Assembly: GCA_035084275.1 (NCBI GenBank)
Contig: CM068756.1
Coordinates: forward strand, 8,184,001 to 8,248,000
Direction: 5' to 3'
Origin: Hydrolagus colliei
Lineage: Eukaryota
DNA: 64,000 bases
The translations under genes and the position numbers were made by a program. Shown here piece by piece: positions 23,771-35,830 of the stretch (within the stretch, counting starts at the first letter, position 1; each line of letters begins with the position of its first letter). The notes under the pieces were generated by a model. It was not told the DNA's origin, ran no database searches, and was given only the letters and a program-made list of their open reading frames with translations.

Positions 23771-24240
23771 GTGTTAGCCATGCTCACTTGTTAGCACAAA
23801 AGCCAAAGTACTGCAGATGCTAGAAAGACCTGTCATAGATCTGAAATGTTAACTCATTTTCGTCTCTCCATGGATGCTGCCTGACCTTCTGCATGTTCCC
23901 AGCAACTTCTGTACAGTATTTATATCAATTCTCTTGCCTTTGAGTTAGAAGGTTGTGGGCTCAAACCGTATGTAGGCATTTTGAGGTCATAGTTTTGGCA
24001 GACACTCTAATGGAGTTGGGATTCACTGCATTGACAGAGGGGGCCGTCCTTTGGATGAGATGTTAAACGGAGGATTAACAATAACATGGTACTAAATGAA
24101 AATAGATGTGAATTTCTCCTGGCCAACAATTAATTCCCCAGTTAAGGTTGGCTGGCTATTCATCTCATCACTATATGTCAGACATTGCTGTGTACAAATT
24201 GGTTCACTTACAAAAACACCCAGTCACTACACTTTACCAA
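23771..24240 (+). mobile_element. Old DeuSINE (SacSINE1/AmnSINE-like), interrupted by a nested insertion
   Basis: tRNA-like head gctcacttgttagcac / tctcttgcctttgagttagaaggttgtgggctcaaacc; Deu-domain core gccgtcctttggatgagatgttaaac; 3' ttgctgtgtacaaattgg. Confidence 0.75.
23798..23927 (+). mobile_element. Nested short element with imperfect terminal inverted repeats, resembling shark Penelope-associated repeats
   Basis: aaagtactgcagatgctagaa ... ctgaaatgttaactc...tctctccatggatgctgcctgaccttctgcatgttcccagca splits the SINE head. Confidence 0.6.
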
Positions 24241-25289
24241 ACAAATCACATTAAACTATGATCTCATTTGTGGAAACATAACATGATTCTGAGTTTACTA
24301 TCAAGATAAAGGAGCATTCCAACAGGTTGATAGTAACAGCCTGGAGCACTGGACTTTCAATGGGAGAATGGAATTTAAATCACAGGCTCAGCATATATTC
24401 ATGCTCAGAACTGGCTCGGCTCCTCATCAATTTTCTCCCTACTTTAGATTTACTGAAATAACTGTGAAATTCCATGTCTTTCTTACAAGAATGCCCTTCA
24501 TATCTTATCTGTACCTCCATCACTGGATGAATGTGACTCCACAGGAAAATTTCCATATGTAGGTGGTATAAATATATGGAACCCTCAGCTTAGCCTGGCT
24601 ACTCTTAAGCACAGTGATGTGTTTCCACATGTGTCAGACAACAGGCTGACCAAAAATAACCTCCAATGCTTAAGTGCTTTCCACTATTCGTGGGATACAA
24701 TGACATTCCATAGCTGTCCATTTAGAATTCTCTATTTAAATGATATGGTTTCATAAATAGTTTTCCGCCTTAATGAAATAATTCAATCACCACATACTGT
24801 GATGAATAACAATAAAGAGCTAACATCAGCCATCCATTCTTTAATTCACTTATCTTATCTATTTCAGGTAACAAGTTCTGAACCAATTGAGTTGTGACCA
24901 TTTACACAGTTTTAACATCCCATTGTTTCTTTATCACCTTTCATATTAACAACTCCCGGCGGGGGTATTCGGGTATTTCCAGATCTTGTGAGAAGAACAT
25001 CAAAAGCTCCACCTTTAATTTTGCTTACATTCAACTGTTTCATTCTGAATTAATCACACAACATATTGACTAGGAACATCACCTGATTCTTTAGAATCTA
25101 CTTAGTTAGTCTTCACATGAAGACATTTTTAGAAATATGCAATCCTGCAGTACAGTCACTGCCCCCACATGGTGTTCTCGATGGTGATGACTGTGAAGCT
25201 GAGACTATGCAATTAGATTCTGCCTTGTAGTCTATGGATTCAACTGCTGGTTATTCATGTTAATAATAATTATCAATAGTTATTATTTA

Positions 25290-25532
25290 TAATAAGCCTT
25301 GAATTTTAATAGAGCACCATATCACATCATCAAGACACCTGAAAGCACCTCACGGGAGTTTTTTTTTAAAAACCTGAAGAGTCGTGATTGTGTAATTTGT
25401 AGGCAAACGCTGTAGTCGGTTTGCACACAGGAATGTTTCACAAACAGACATGAAGTGCATGATCTTTTTTTTATCTCGGGAGATTGTTGGCCATTTCACT
25501 GGAAGAAACTCACTTCTCTTTTCAAATATGCC
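25290..25532 (-). mobile_element. Old DeuSINE 3' half
   Basis: Degenerate tail and tttgcacacaggaatgtttcacaaaca..cttctcttttcaaatatgcca, matching 43400-43705 and 45817-46221. Confidence 0.6.
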
Positions 25533-25539
25533 AGGTGGT

Positions 25540-25950
25540 AGGTTGGTGGAGGATTAGGAGTTCGCTGAGGTGGGGCAAGGACATGGAGGGCTTTGAATTT
25601 GACCAGGATCTTTAATTGAATCCTCTGGGTGACGGGGAGCCAATGGGTTCGGGCGAGGATGGGGGAGATGGGATCAAGAAGCTTGGAGTGGTAGAGGACA
25701 CGGGATGCAGAGTTCTGGCTTATCTGCAGTGTGTGGGGTAAGGAATTGGGAAGGCCGACAAACACGCCATTGATGTAGTCGAGTCGGGATGTGATGAAGG
25801 TGTGAATGAGGATTTCAGCAGCCTGAGTGGTGAGGTAGCGGCAGAGTCGGGCAATATTGTGGAGGTGAGGCAGGGCAGTGCGGGTCATGGCTTGGATGTG
25901 GTAGAGGAAAGACAGTTGAGGATTGAAAAAGACACCTAGGTTCCTGGCTG
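25540..25950 (-). mobile_element. L2-clade LINE ORF2 fragment (C-terminal of reverse transcriptase), decayed
   Basis: ORF 25496-25888 reads HLHNIARLCRYLTTQAAEILIHTFITSRLDYINGVFVGLP...LQISQNSASRVL...ISPILARTHWLPVTQRIQLKIL..FKALH.LAP, the characteristic L2 ORF2 C-terminus. Confidence 0.9.
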
Positions 25951-25959
25951 CCTTGGTAT

Positions 25960-26140
25960 TTACAGGTAAACAGAGACAACAACAACAAAAACAAATTACA
26001 CTTGTATAGCACCTTTCACGTCAGGAGGACGTCCCAAGGATCTGGACAGCCATTGTTTCAGACATGTGGAGTAAGGAAATTTGCCGAATGTTTCACCCTG
26101 CCGGTTTCTAGCTTCTGAGGCGAGTGCTGTAACCACTCTT
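25960..26140 (-). mobile_element. Subfamily-B SINE head interrupted by an L2 tail insertion (25979-26059)
   Basis: ggtaaacagAGACA [acaacaac...cccaagg...tttc] AGACAtgtggagtaaggaaatttgcc...gcgagtgctgtaaccact. Confidence 0.75.
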
Positions 26141-26357
26141 CTTCCTGGTACCTATCTTAGGTGGTTGGGGGTTCTTTGTGTTTGAGTTTAGACCATGAAT
26201 GTTGACGCATCATTAACTGATCATGCTCTTTATCTGCTGTGGATTTTGTACATTTTCTCTTTGCATTTTTCAACAAGAAAAAAACGCTTGAGGTGTATGC
26301 CATGCTCCCCATATACATTCTAATGCACTGTGTGTTTGCAATGCTTGATTCATAAAT

Positions 26358-26612
26358 AAGGGTGGTAACGTTTAGTGTCTGAAAACCAGATCTTAGTACT
26401 GAAGTGTATATTTTGATATCCCTGCTCTGTGTATTCCTGCAGTGCAGGGGATACTGGAAGTTTTAGTTTCGCTGTTCGGTTTCTTCCCTACTTACTGCAG
26501 GCAATGGGCAATAACTGGACCTTTGGTGTCTGGTCAATGCTTCCGACCGGATATTGTACAGATTCTATTAAACCTGGACATTCGGGTGTAAAACCAGACA
26601 GTTGCCAACTCT
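26358..26612. mobile_element. Possible decayed non-autonomous DNA transposon (hAT-like MITE)
   Basis: The ends tagggtggtaac and aacctggacattcgggtgtaaaaccagacagttgccaactct resemble AGGGTTGCCA-type terminal repeats. Very degenerate. Confidence 0.3.
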
Positions 26613-29600
26613 CTTATAAAATGTATAGTGAACAGTTTGGTGTGGTTAGAGATCGGTGACAAGACCAAATGTTCCACTTTTGTTATGCGTATCAAACTAT
26701 CTTCAGTTATACTATCAGCAGGGATACTGCGGTTTGTAGCTTCTCAAACTTTCAGACTCCAGAGGCCCTTGCTCCATTATGCCTACCGGGTGTTGGAATG
26801 AACTGTTTCTCAGTTGTAGTCGAGGTACAGAAAATGGTCAGGAATAAATGATGAAGAAATATTTGTTCTGATTTACTAGTAGTTTTAAATAAAACTTCCC
26901 ATGGTTGCTCTCTGAGTTGGCCTGGATTACGAAACCATCAGATTCACATCTGACTGGCTTCTTGCCACTTTTACTGAGACAAAGCAGTCAGCATATGTGT
27001 TAAACGCGTCATGTAATATCTCCCACATCACAAAGAAAAGCAGGGAAACCTTAACCATAAACCCTGTGTGCACTTAGTTTGGATCAGGCTGACGCAAACT
27101 GAATGCCATCTCCATGGGGTAGTAAATAAAACCAGGGTATGGAATTTGCTTGTCTCCAGCATTACTATCTAGTGTTAAGAATGGCTTTCTCAGGGCACCA
27201 TCACATAAAGATCAAGAGAGAAGGTCAAAACCATATATTCTGAATGACATTTCTTTCTAGTACTGACATTGTCTAGATAAAGTCCCTGCTTACCTGCAAG
27301 AAATCTTTGAGCTGTATCTTTTTAATAACTGAAATCTGCTGTAACCTCATGATTATCATCAAGATATATAATACTTCTGGGTCATAAGGAATAAAACAAC
27401 CACTCTAAAACTTTATTTACACAAGGGGGAAATGAGAGTGGTAGGAGAGTGGAGTTCTAGAGGTTAGGTGCATGGTAACTGAAGGCTTGGCCACCAATGG
27501 TGGTTGTGAGAGGATGTGCAGCAAGTCCAAGTTAACTGAACAGGCAAATGGGCAGATGAGAAAGGTAGAAGGATATATTAATCCATCTAATACTGTAGAG
27601 TTTTCAAATAGGTGCAACTCAAGTAATACTGTCACCCAACAGTTTTAAGTTGCAGGCATGAACAATGGAATTTAAGTTTAGAGTCTAAAACCGCATAGTA
27701 ACAGATGTAATCAGTGCAACTCCATGACCTCATCGCATACTGTCCTGTTTATAAGTCTAGTTAAATATATTTTATCAGGCGATAATGCATCTATAAAGTC
27801 CAAAAATGTTCACTTTCCCCCTCCCTTCAGTGGGGTTTTGAAATAATATGCCAGTTCCTCATTTGCAAAGTCACAGATTAATTTTGGAAGCCGGGTGGCT
27901 GGCAACATGTGGAAACCCATCACTAAGTGTGAGAATATTAAACCAGACTGAGTTCCAGAGTTCCACAAAGATATTTAACTGTGTCTGGAATGTACTGCTG
28001 GGAAGGATGAATCTAACCAGAGAGTATCAAGCACAGGTTGGCAAGTGCCAACGCTTGAGGGTCTTTATGTGCGTGACCAGCTAAGAAGCTGATTCTTCAG
28101 TTGCTGGTAAATTTACTGTGGGAAAATTCCTATATAGGTCACGACACTGTAATTTACCTAGTACACATATACCCAGTGCACAAACATGCTCTGCACAAAA
28201 AGTGCAGATCTGTTGACTATTTACTGACCCATCGAAAAATTAGCCATTAAATCTGAACTAACATAAATAGCTGTGTGTCGTCCACCTCCTCTGCACCACC
28301 ATTGATGGCCAAGCCTTCAACTGTTATGCCCCTAACTTCTGATATACCATCCCATGCCCACCATACAAACACACCTGTCTTTAAATCATGTCTTAAAACC
28401 TAGCTCTTCGACTGTCGACTTCGACTGGTAATAAGCTATTTGCCTCTGTTTTGCATTCTGGATCGCTCTGCTGGTGGAAACAATGGTGAATCTCTTCGGC
28501 ATTGTAAAAGAGTCGTTAGAAATTTTTCCTACACTCAATGCTGATCTCATCGAGTCAGGTTCCTCCAAGCAATTCTGAGAAAATGCAGGTTGGCAGTTGT
28601 TAGCATTCTCAGAATGGCAGGATGGGTGTTCCTAACCCCATGGCAATGTGAACCTAGCAATTTAATGCAATCTTCTCCTATGCAATTTTTAAAATATCAT
28701 TTAGATCTTTTCATGTTGCTTTGTACATGTGCTCAACAGTTGAATGGCCACCTGCAATACCTTGCGTCATGCCATGCACCAAGCCCTGGGGGTTGGGGAA
28801 TAGACATCAGACCCAAAGTTTTGCCAGTCTCCTCTTTATTATCTTATCCCAATCTCCACCTTGTGTTATGTAAAACCATGGCTTCCTCAATCTCTTTTAT
28901 TAGTTAACTATTCCCTTTGACGTTGCTTTGCTGATACTCCCAGATGATGATTTATCAGGTCAAGGGCTTCCTTTGCATCTTGTTCAGCTAGTTAAAAGCA
29001 GTGTCAAAGCTTTGTTCTGGTTTGACAGGTAAAGTTACCATTCCTAGTAAATTACAATGTGGGAGAAACTCCATGAATGATTTACTGAGTAAAAATACCA
29101 CATGATGTGATACTGAGCTACACAGAATGAAAAAAATCCCTGGATAGATCCCAGGTCTCGATTGATTAAGTAGACGGCAGCAGGGTGGTATAGTCGGGGA
29201 ACTATAATTGACAACAGTATCCCCAGTCCATCATTCTTTTGGCTAACATCATGTGTAGTTGCTACTTGACTGGCCTTTTGCCAGGTAACTGGATTACTGA
29301 GGTCCTAATGACAAAAGGCTTCCTGCCCTTTTGGCAGAGATATTGGTTTGAGGTGTCAGAATATGCAAAGCTTTTTACACAGTTGTATGTTCTCTAAGAG
29401 TCTCCCACCCACCCATCCCCTTTCACCAACCAGCCAAAAATATCCCAATTCTGCCCCTGGCTAAACCAAGTGCCTGACAGTTTAGGGCGGGATTATCCTG
29501 CATTGTGAATCTCTCTGGATTAAATATCCCATTGGTATTCACTTGCCTGGATTCACATGGGAGACGGGTCAGCACCTGCAATACCATAAAATAATTAAAA

Positions 29601-29685
29601 ATAAGCAGCAATTTATCAATAGCAATTTATACAGCACCTTGAAGTGTTTTATAGAATATAATTGATTAATAAAAAAATGAGATGT

Positions 29686-30145
29686 ATAATAATCCTTGCA
29701 TTTTAATATCAATAAATAATATAATCCTTGCATTTGATATAGCGCCTCATCACCTCTTTGAGATATCTCAAAGTGCTTCACAGAATATACTGTATAGTGA
29801 ATTGACTGAATATTTTGTAGAGGAAACACAGTAGCCATTTGCGCAAAGCAGTTTCCCACAAACAGTCAAGAATTGACCAATTTATTTTGAGGAATTATTA
29901 TCCCCTGAAAAGCCAACTGCCAGTCAACTAACAATTGGGTTCCGACTTACAGCTAGGTAAACAGAATTGTGTGGAGTAAGGAAACTTGCCCAATATTTCA
30001 CCTTGTCACGTCTTGAGGATGTCTCAAAAGCATTCCCAGAATATATTGTAAAGTGAATTGACTGCAATTGACATGGTGAAACGTGGCAGCCAATTGCACA
30101 CTGCAGTGTCCCACAAATAACTGAGGACTGAGGAACCAATTTTTA
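29686..30145 (-). mobile_element. Tandem SINE pair: a subfamily-B copy (29686-30005, duplicated tail) and a second partial copy (30007-30145)
   Basis: Two consecutive aatccttgcattt tails, then the body, the B insert (caactaacaattgggttccgacttac..ggtaaacaga), and a second body immediately after. Confidence 0.85.
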
Positions 30146-30639
30146 AAAATATATAAGCAAATGCAGCAGTTAATCTTCACACAGCGCACACCCCATGCTC
30201 AACATGAGTAACCATCTTCAAGAGAAGAAAAGTAGGTGTGAGGAGAGAGAAAAACTGAGGCAAACAAAGTTAGCATGTGACAAATACAAATATTATTATT
30301 CGTAAGGCTAAGTAAACAACTTTCAATGTGATTCGACCTCCCAGGGACAATTCTACCCCCACAGCAATGGGAGTCGGCCAAGAGTTGGTGTCAACCCGTA
30401 GAAACCTGAGGGTTTCACGTCACCTCACCAAAAGGTTGGGGAGGAGGCTATGTGTTTGTGTTAATAGTTTAGAACAGGTTAAGTTGTTACAGTAAGTTAT
30501 TGGGGTTAGATCAGAACAATCCAAGATGGCAATGGGAAGGGGTCACTTGTGATCTTCACAGAGAAGATATTTTGGGGGAAGTATCAAAAATTGAGTTTTA
30601 GAAACTCTCCAAAACCATCTGCATAGTGAAGGTTAAATC

Positions 30640-31100
30640 AGGGCAGAAAAATATTTTAATAGCAAAGCATTGATAATTTCAATCTCAGCTGTTTGATTGG
30701 TTGAAGGTGCTTAATGAACAATGCGGCCAATGCTGGCACAGCAAGGCAGAGGCCAGGTAGTTAGCTAGAGCAAGGCAGGAAATCTCAGTGTGAAAATTCT
30801 TTCTGATGCTCAACTCAAAAGGGGCCCTGGGGGAGGCTTGGCACCTATTGGAGGGACGTGTGATTATATTGACTGAGGCTTGTGATCGCAGTGACTGAAG
30901 CTTGCCATCGCATTGGAGAGGCTTGCGATCAGGTTGCCTGTTGATCCTCGGGGGAACTGCAGCCAGGGACATGAAGAGTGGGATGGGATAAAATCCAAGA
31001 GGAATAAGTAAACACTGGGATGAGCTGATAAGTGACAATGATTTATTTCTGACCGAATCCCAATTAGCCAGCTTCAACTATAATTACATGCCCATTTTTT
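30640..31100. promoter_or_regulatory. Candidate conserved non-coding element / distal enhancer
   Basis: Repeat-free complex block with SOX (aacaatg), homeobox (taat) and forkhead (gtaaaca) motifs in the SALL1 gene desert. Inference. Confidence 0.4.
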
Positions 31101-32127
31101 TTTAAAAAGAATTACCCTTTAACTGAGAACATGAATGGGGAGTGTAGCAACTCTGGATCATTTCCACGGGACATTCTTTTTCCCTTTGTGCAAACAGCTG
31201 TGAATCAACGCTGCTCATGTAAACAGTACTGTTTGATTGGGCAAACATCTATAATTAGTGCTGCCTTCAAACTCTCAGGTCAGTATCAGCAAATCCCACC
31301 TATACATTAGCAAAAGGGACAAGCACTTTGAAGTAACACCTTTGAAGTTGAATGCTGCTTTAAAACTGTGGTAGATTAACTTTTAATTTAAAATGAACTA
31401 CTGCAAACGTGTCTAAAATCCTTCTTGAAACAGAAATGGTTGAAGAGAATGGCCACAAGTTCACTAAAAATAGGCAGTTTGTAGAAGCTACACAAGTTTA
31501 CAATTGCCCCCATGGAATCGTTTCTGATCTGCATGAAATTCAGACAGTAAAGATCTTGTAGGATTTGGAAAACTGAACTGTCATGTGAAGGACATTTTGT
31601 ATGATACTTTACTTCTCTCACAAGTGGGAAAGCTATAACTCTTTCAGGCGACAGGTACAAGTGAGCAATCTTGCGATAGCTCCACAAGCATTGCCACTGG
31701 TCAAATGGCCTATTTAATATTGGCAATTGGAAGAATTAGTGGCAGTTTGTGAGTGCCCACTGCCCAGTATCCCTGGAAGAATCAGTATCCTCAGGAGAAG
31801 AGCAGGGAGAAGAATATTGGTTTAAAAAAATCCGAATTGCTTTCCAAGGCAGTAACACATCGTAGGGTTGAGATGACTTTGATAAAGTGCTGAAGCTTCA
31901 CTCTTGTGGTATACAATATCATCTTAATGCATTTTCTGATGACTCAATGCAGGCCAAATTATCCAATATTTATTGAAGTAAAATTGGTTGGTTTAGCCAT
32001 TTGTTCACTCAAATGTACAATATATTGTATCTGTGGTTTTAGCAAGTTACCAACTCATTGATGTAACTGCAAACTAGGAATATAATTTTTTTTAAATCAG
32101 CAAATTCAATCCATGAACTGAGATGAA

Positions 32128-32205
32128 TCAGGGAAAATCTCCCTTCTCTTTTTGTCTGGTGCCATGGATTCTTTAACATCAAGGCAAATGAGACAGACGT
32201 TGGTT

Positions 32206-32237
<32 letters not shown>

Positions 32238-32440
32238 ATAATAATAATCCTTGCATTTGATATAGCGCTTTTCACATCTTATCGACGTCTCAAAGCGCTT
32301 CACAAAACATACTGCAAACATCTCATCCGAAGGACAGCTCCTCTGACACGGCAGAGCTCCCCAGGACTGCATTGGCATTGCAGTCTTATTTTGAATCCAC
32401 AAACTTCTGACTTGAAAGTGAGAATACTACTAACTCTGAG
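32128..32440 (-). mobile_element. Old DeuSINE with a nested young SINE 3' fragment (32208-32316)
   Basis: The Deu core ggttta|acatctcatccgaaggacag is split by (CTA)n-(ATA)n-aatccttgcatttgatatagcgc..cacaaaacatactgca. Confidence 0.8.
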
Positions 32441-32584
32441 TTTGGATCACACAAAATCACATTAGAATCTCAGAGTGCCTAACAGTGATTTTCTATAAAG
32501 TGCAGTAACTGTGTAGTTGTACATGAATGTGGCAGTTGATTTGTGCGCTGCAAAGCCCCGCAAATATAAAGAGATCTATTTAAG

Positions 32585-32882
32585 GGTGAAACCTTAGACA
32601 AGATTCCTTACTTCACATGTCTCTGTCTACCTAATAGTGAGTAGGAACCCAGTTGTTAGTCGATTGATGGATTGCTTTCCGGGGGTAATAATTCCTCAAA
32701 ATAAGAAAAATTGTAATTCCATACACGTCTGTTTGTGGGACACTGCTGCATGCAATTAGCTGGCGCATTTCGCCCAAAAAACATAGTCAGTTCACTTTAC
32801 AGTATTTTCGGTGAAGCACTCTGAGAACATCTCAACTACGCTGTTATAAGTTGTTATATCAAATACAAGGATGATTATTACT
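32585..32882 (+). mobile_element. Subfamily-B SINE lacking most of the tRNA head
   Basis: ccttacttcacatgtctctgtctacctaatagtgagtaggaacccagttgttagtcgattgatggattgctttccgggggtaataatt, then the body and tail. Confidence 0.85.
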
Positions 32883-34189
32883 ATCTGTATGATCCCAATC
32901 CAGTGATGTAATGATAAAAATAACACGTCAGGCACCCATGAAGCACAGAAAATAGCCAAAGCTTATGCTTCCTTTAGTGGGTTCCTTTTTCATATTGACA
33001 CATTAATATAGTATCAGTGAAGGGTTTATTTAAACCCGTAATTCTATTCTTTACAGTTCATCCATCTGAATAAAACGGAACCACTAAATGGACAGTTGCT
33101 TATGGCCTGTATGAACACGCAGACTGTGTACTCTCGGATGCTGTTTATTATTCTTCACGGTGATATCTATAATTTATGAGCAAACTGTTTTGTAAGCATT
33201 CCATAAAGGTTGAGTAAAGTATTTGGTTGTTAACGCTTACATTGTCATGCTCTGAATTGAAATGTGCCCACTTACATTCTATTCATCAAAGCACAAAGAC
33301 ATCAAGGCAAAGATATTATCCAAATATTATTAAAACTTTGAACCTTGTCCCCATAAATTATGGCAAAATGGCTTCTGAGCCATTAGCCAGGAAAAATGTA
33401 TGGGCTTCAGTTGCTTTGGAGTAATTATGTGCTTAAAAGGAAGCGTGGCTAAGCATTCTCCCAGTAAAACAAGAAGAGTCATGATCATTTGTTACTTCTT
33501 TAGTACTGCTCAGTATTTTTCATGCAGGTCAAACCAACCTTACAGCAGCACCATTATCTTCCCAGAGAGACCAAACATCTGTTACTAAGTACATACAGAC
33601 ACTGCTGCAACATGCTAAAAATCTTGTCCAGTTCATCTGTTTGGCTTACAGTACTATGCTTTAAACACTTGGCCAAGTTTACAAATCAACCCCCATTTCT
33701 CATTGTTAGTAGGATGCATCAGCAATGAAATATGCAGCACTTCGACTCCCCCATTAGATCCTTAAATATATGCACAGCTGTAAGATACCGGCAAGGAGCC
33801 TGTCCTCTGCCACATAACCCTTAACCATTCCTTGAGCTCTGTTCAATTAAGCAGCAAAATGCAGTGGATCCGTATGTCAGGGCGAGCTCTACAAGTACAA
33901 GTCTAGCCAGTATTTTGGAATAGATCTGAACCAAGACAATAGCAAAGGTACATTGCGTATAGTCAGATTGCTAGGCAACAGAAATAATTATCCCTTTAAC
34001 AGAAAAGAACAAAAGTGGGCCTTGGAATTTTTTAAAAAATTTTTTTGGGGTGGGGGGGTTTGCCTAAATGTGGATTTGACGTCCACGTGTTCATATTTTT
34101 CAGCCTCGATGTTTGAATAGAAAACAGCGGACAGTAAAATTGTCTTTGTCCTGGCTCGAGTTCAGACTCCCACTCCAAAGATAACCAGT

Positions 34190-34640
34190 GTGAGAGGGAA
34201 TGAGGAGGACATTTCACCAGAGCTACAGTAATTGATTAAACATCTGTTAAACTGCAGGTGGCCTCTCCTTCTTTTCTGGGGTGTTTGATAATGGATGATC
34301 TAATCTGTGTTCCTACATTGTTTACTTCATTACACAGGTGACAGAGATGAAGTGATAGTATCTGCCAACTTTTAAAAAATGACTTGCCTGCAAGAAATGA
34401 TTGTGCTAATTTCCAGTGGGAAGAGCTGCAACAGGCAACAAGCTCGGCTTACATGAAATCTTTATTTCCCGCGCCTCCCTGGACCCACTTACTTGTGGAG
34501 CTTGAAATTCAACTTTTACATTCTTTGATTGCTTGCTTGGGGCCACACAAAACAATTACTGCTGCCAGGGCATTAGAAACTGATAATTATAAGGACACGA
34601 GCTTTGTATTACTGAACAATGGTTAAAAATAGTGCTTCCT
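34190..34640. promoter_or_regulatory. Candidate conserved non-coding element / distal enhancer
   Basis: Repeat-free and dense in developmental TF-like motifs (taattgatt, tgtttac, caggtg, tgacag, gaacaatgg). Inference. Confidence 0.45.
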
Positions 34641-35419
34641 CATAGTTCTGTGACGGTTATTAGCCCAAGATTTCTCTACTGTTATTTTTACAATGAGAGC
34701 TGCCCCAAGACCAGTGTGATATCATGTCTCGGAGAACCATGAAGAATCTTAGCATTTTAACAAGGGGCCACTGCTCTCTGGCTCGGTCGGAAAAGAAAAA
34801 ATCATATCTACATTATAAAAGTATTGAATATTAAGAGAGATTTTAAATCTAATGCATATACTGGCATTTCCCAGCTTTTTCATTGTGTGTAACACAGCCC
34901 ATGAGCACCATCATGATATGTTTATGCTACATCTAGACACCACACCATGATACACTTATGACTTTATCATTCATGAATTAATCGGTCAAGTCTCCTTTTT
35001 TGTATAAATGTCATATCTTTCCAGGACCCACGGGATACTCTCTAATTGCACTGAATCTGTTGGTAACTGCATGAAAAATTGTAGAATGTTTCTCTATTGT
35101 GTTTCTTAAATGCATCTCTGTCTTTGGTGGTTTAGATTCAGACACTGAAACAATTTATTTCCTGTTTGTTGAAAGCTTTAAGCTGCCCTTGTTTTGTCCG
35201 CGACAGCTTTACTGTCTTTTGGAACAGTAAACGGCATGTAAGGGAATGATTAATTTTAAGCCTTTAATTCTGTCAGTGGTGTGGCATCTTCCAGGCTACC
35301 TCGAAGGTATTCCAGTTTTGTCTCTTAAGATGATAAAGTCACCTTCCTGAAAAGTTTGAACTACTGAAAGGCCGTAAGATAAAAACAAGAACTCGTTTAA
35401 AGCACTCGTTTGCAGTTTA

Positions 35420-35830
35420 CTCTTTCTCTTCCTCTCATCTCCTAAAATCATTGATTTGTGTGGTATTACAGTTTCAGTATCTCACCCACACAAGTGCCCT
35501 GGATAATTAATGCTGTCAGGAAACTCTCAAGCACGTTGGCATCACGATATAGCTCAACTCACACCTTCACTGGATGGTTCTATATGCCAACCTTCCAGCA
35601 GGAGTCACTGGATTACAAACACTGGCAGAATGTGTCCCCTTCGTAGCCCAGGGATGTGGAGGCCAAACCCAAAGTTCCAATTGCTGCTGCCATCTGACAC
35701 TACCAACAACAACAACAAAATTACATTTCTAGAGCACCTTTCGCCTCGAGAGGAAGTCCCAATTCACAGGCCTTCTGAATCTGCATGGCTGAGAGTTACA
35801 CTTGGCTATGGCTTTACCAAGTGAGCCAGT
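35420..35830 (-). mobile_element. Ancient third-family SINE, near full length, with an L2 tail inserted at ~35705-35762
   Basis: Minus-strand head tggctcacttggtaaagcc...; body ccagtgactcctgctggaagg; purine-rich 3' end; interrupted by caacaacaacaacaaaattacatttctagagcacctttc. Confidence 0.5.

Noticed and set aside
25496-25888. Functional reverse-transcriptase gene
   Set aside because: It is only a decayed C-terminal L2 ORF2 fragment, without the catalytic RT core, embedded among other repeats.
28106-28158. Imperfect hairpin ggtaaatttactgtg..cactgtaatttacc with a partial echo at ~29028-29072
   Set aside because: Short, AT-rich and imperfect; probably a decayed MITE or chance, with no support for function.
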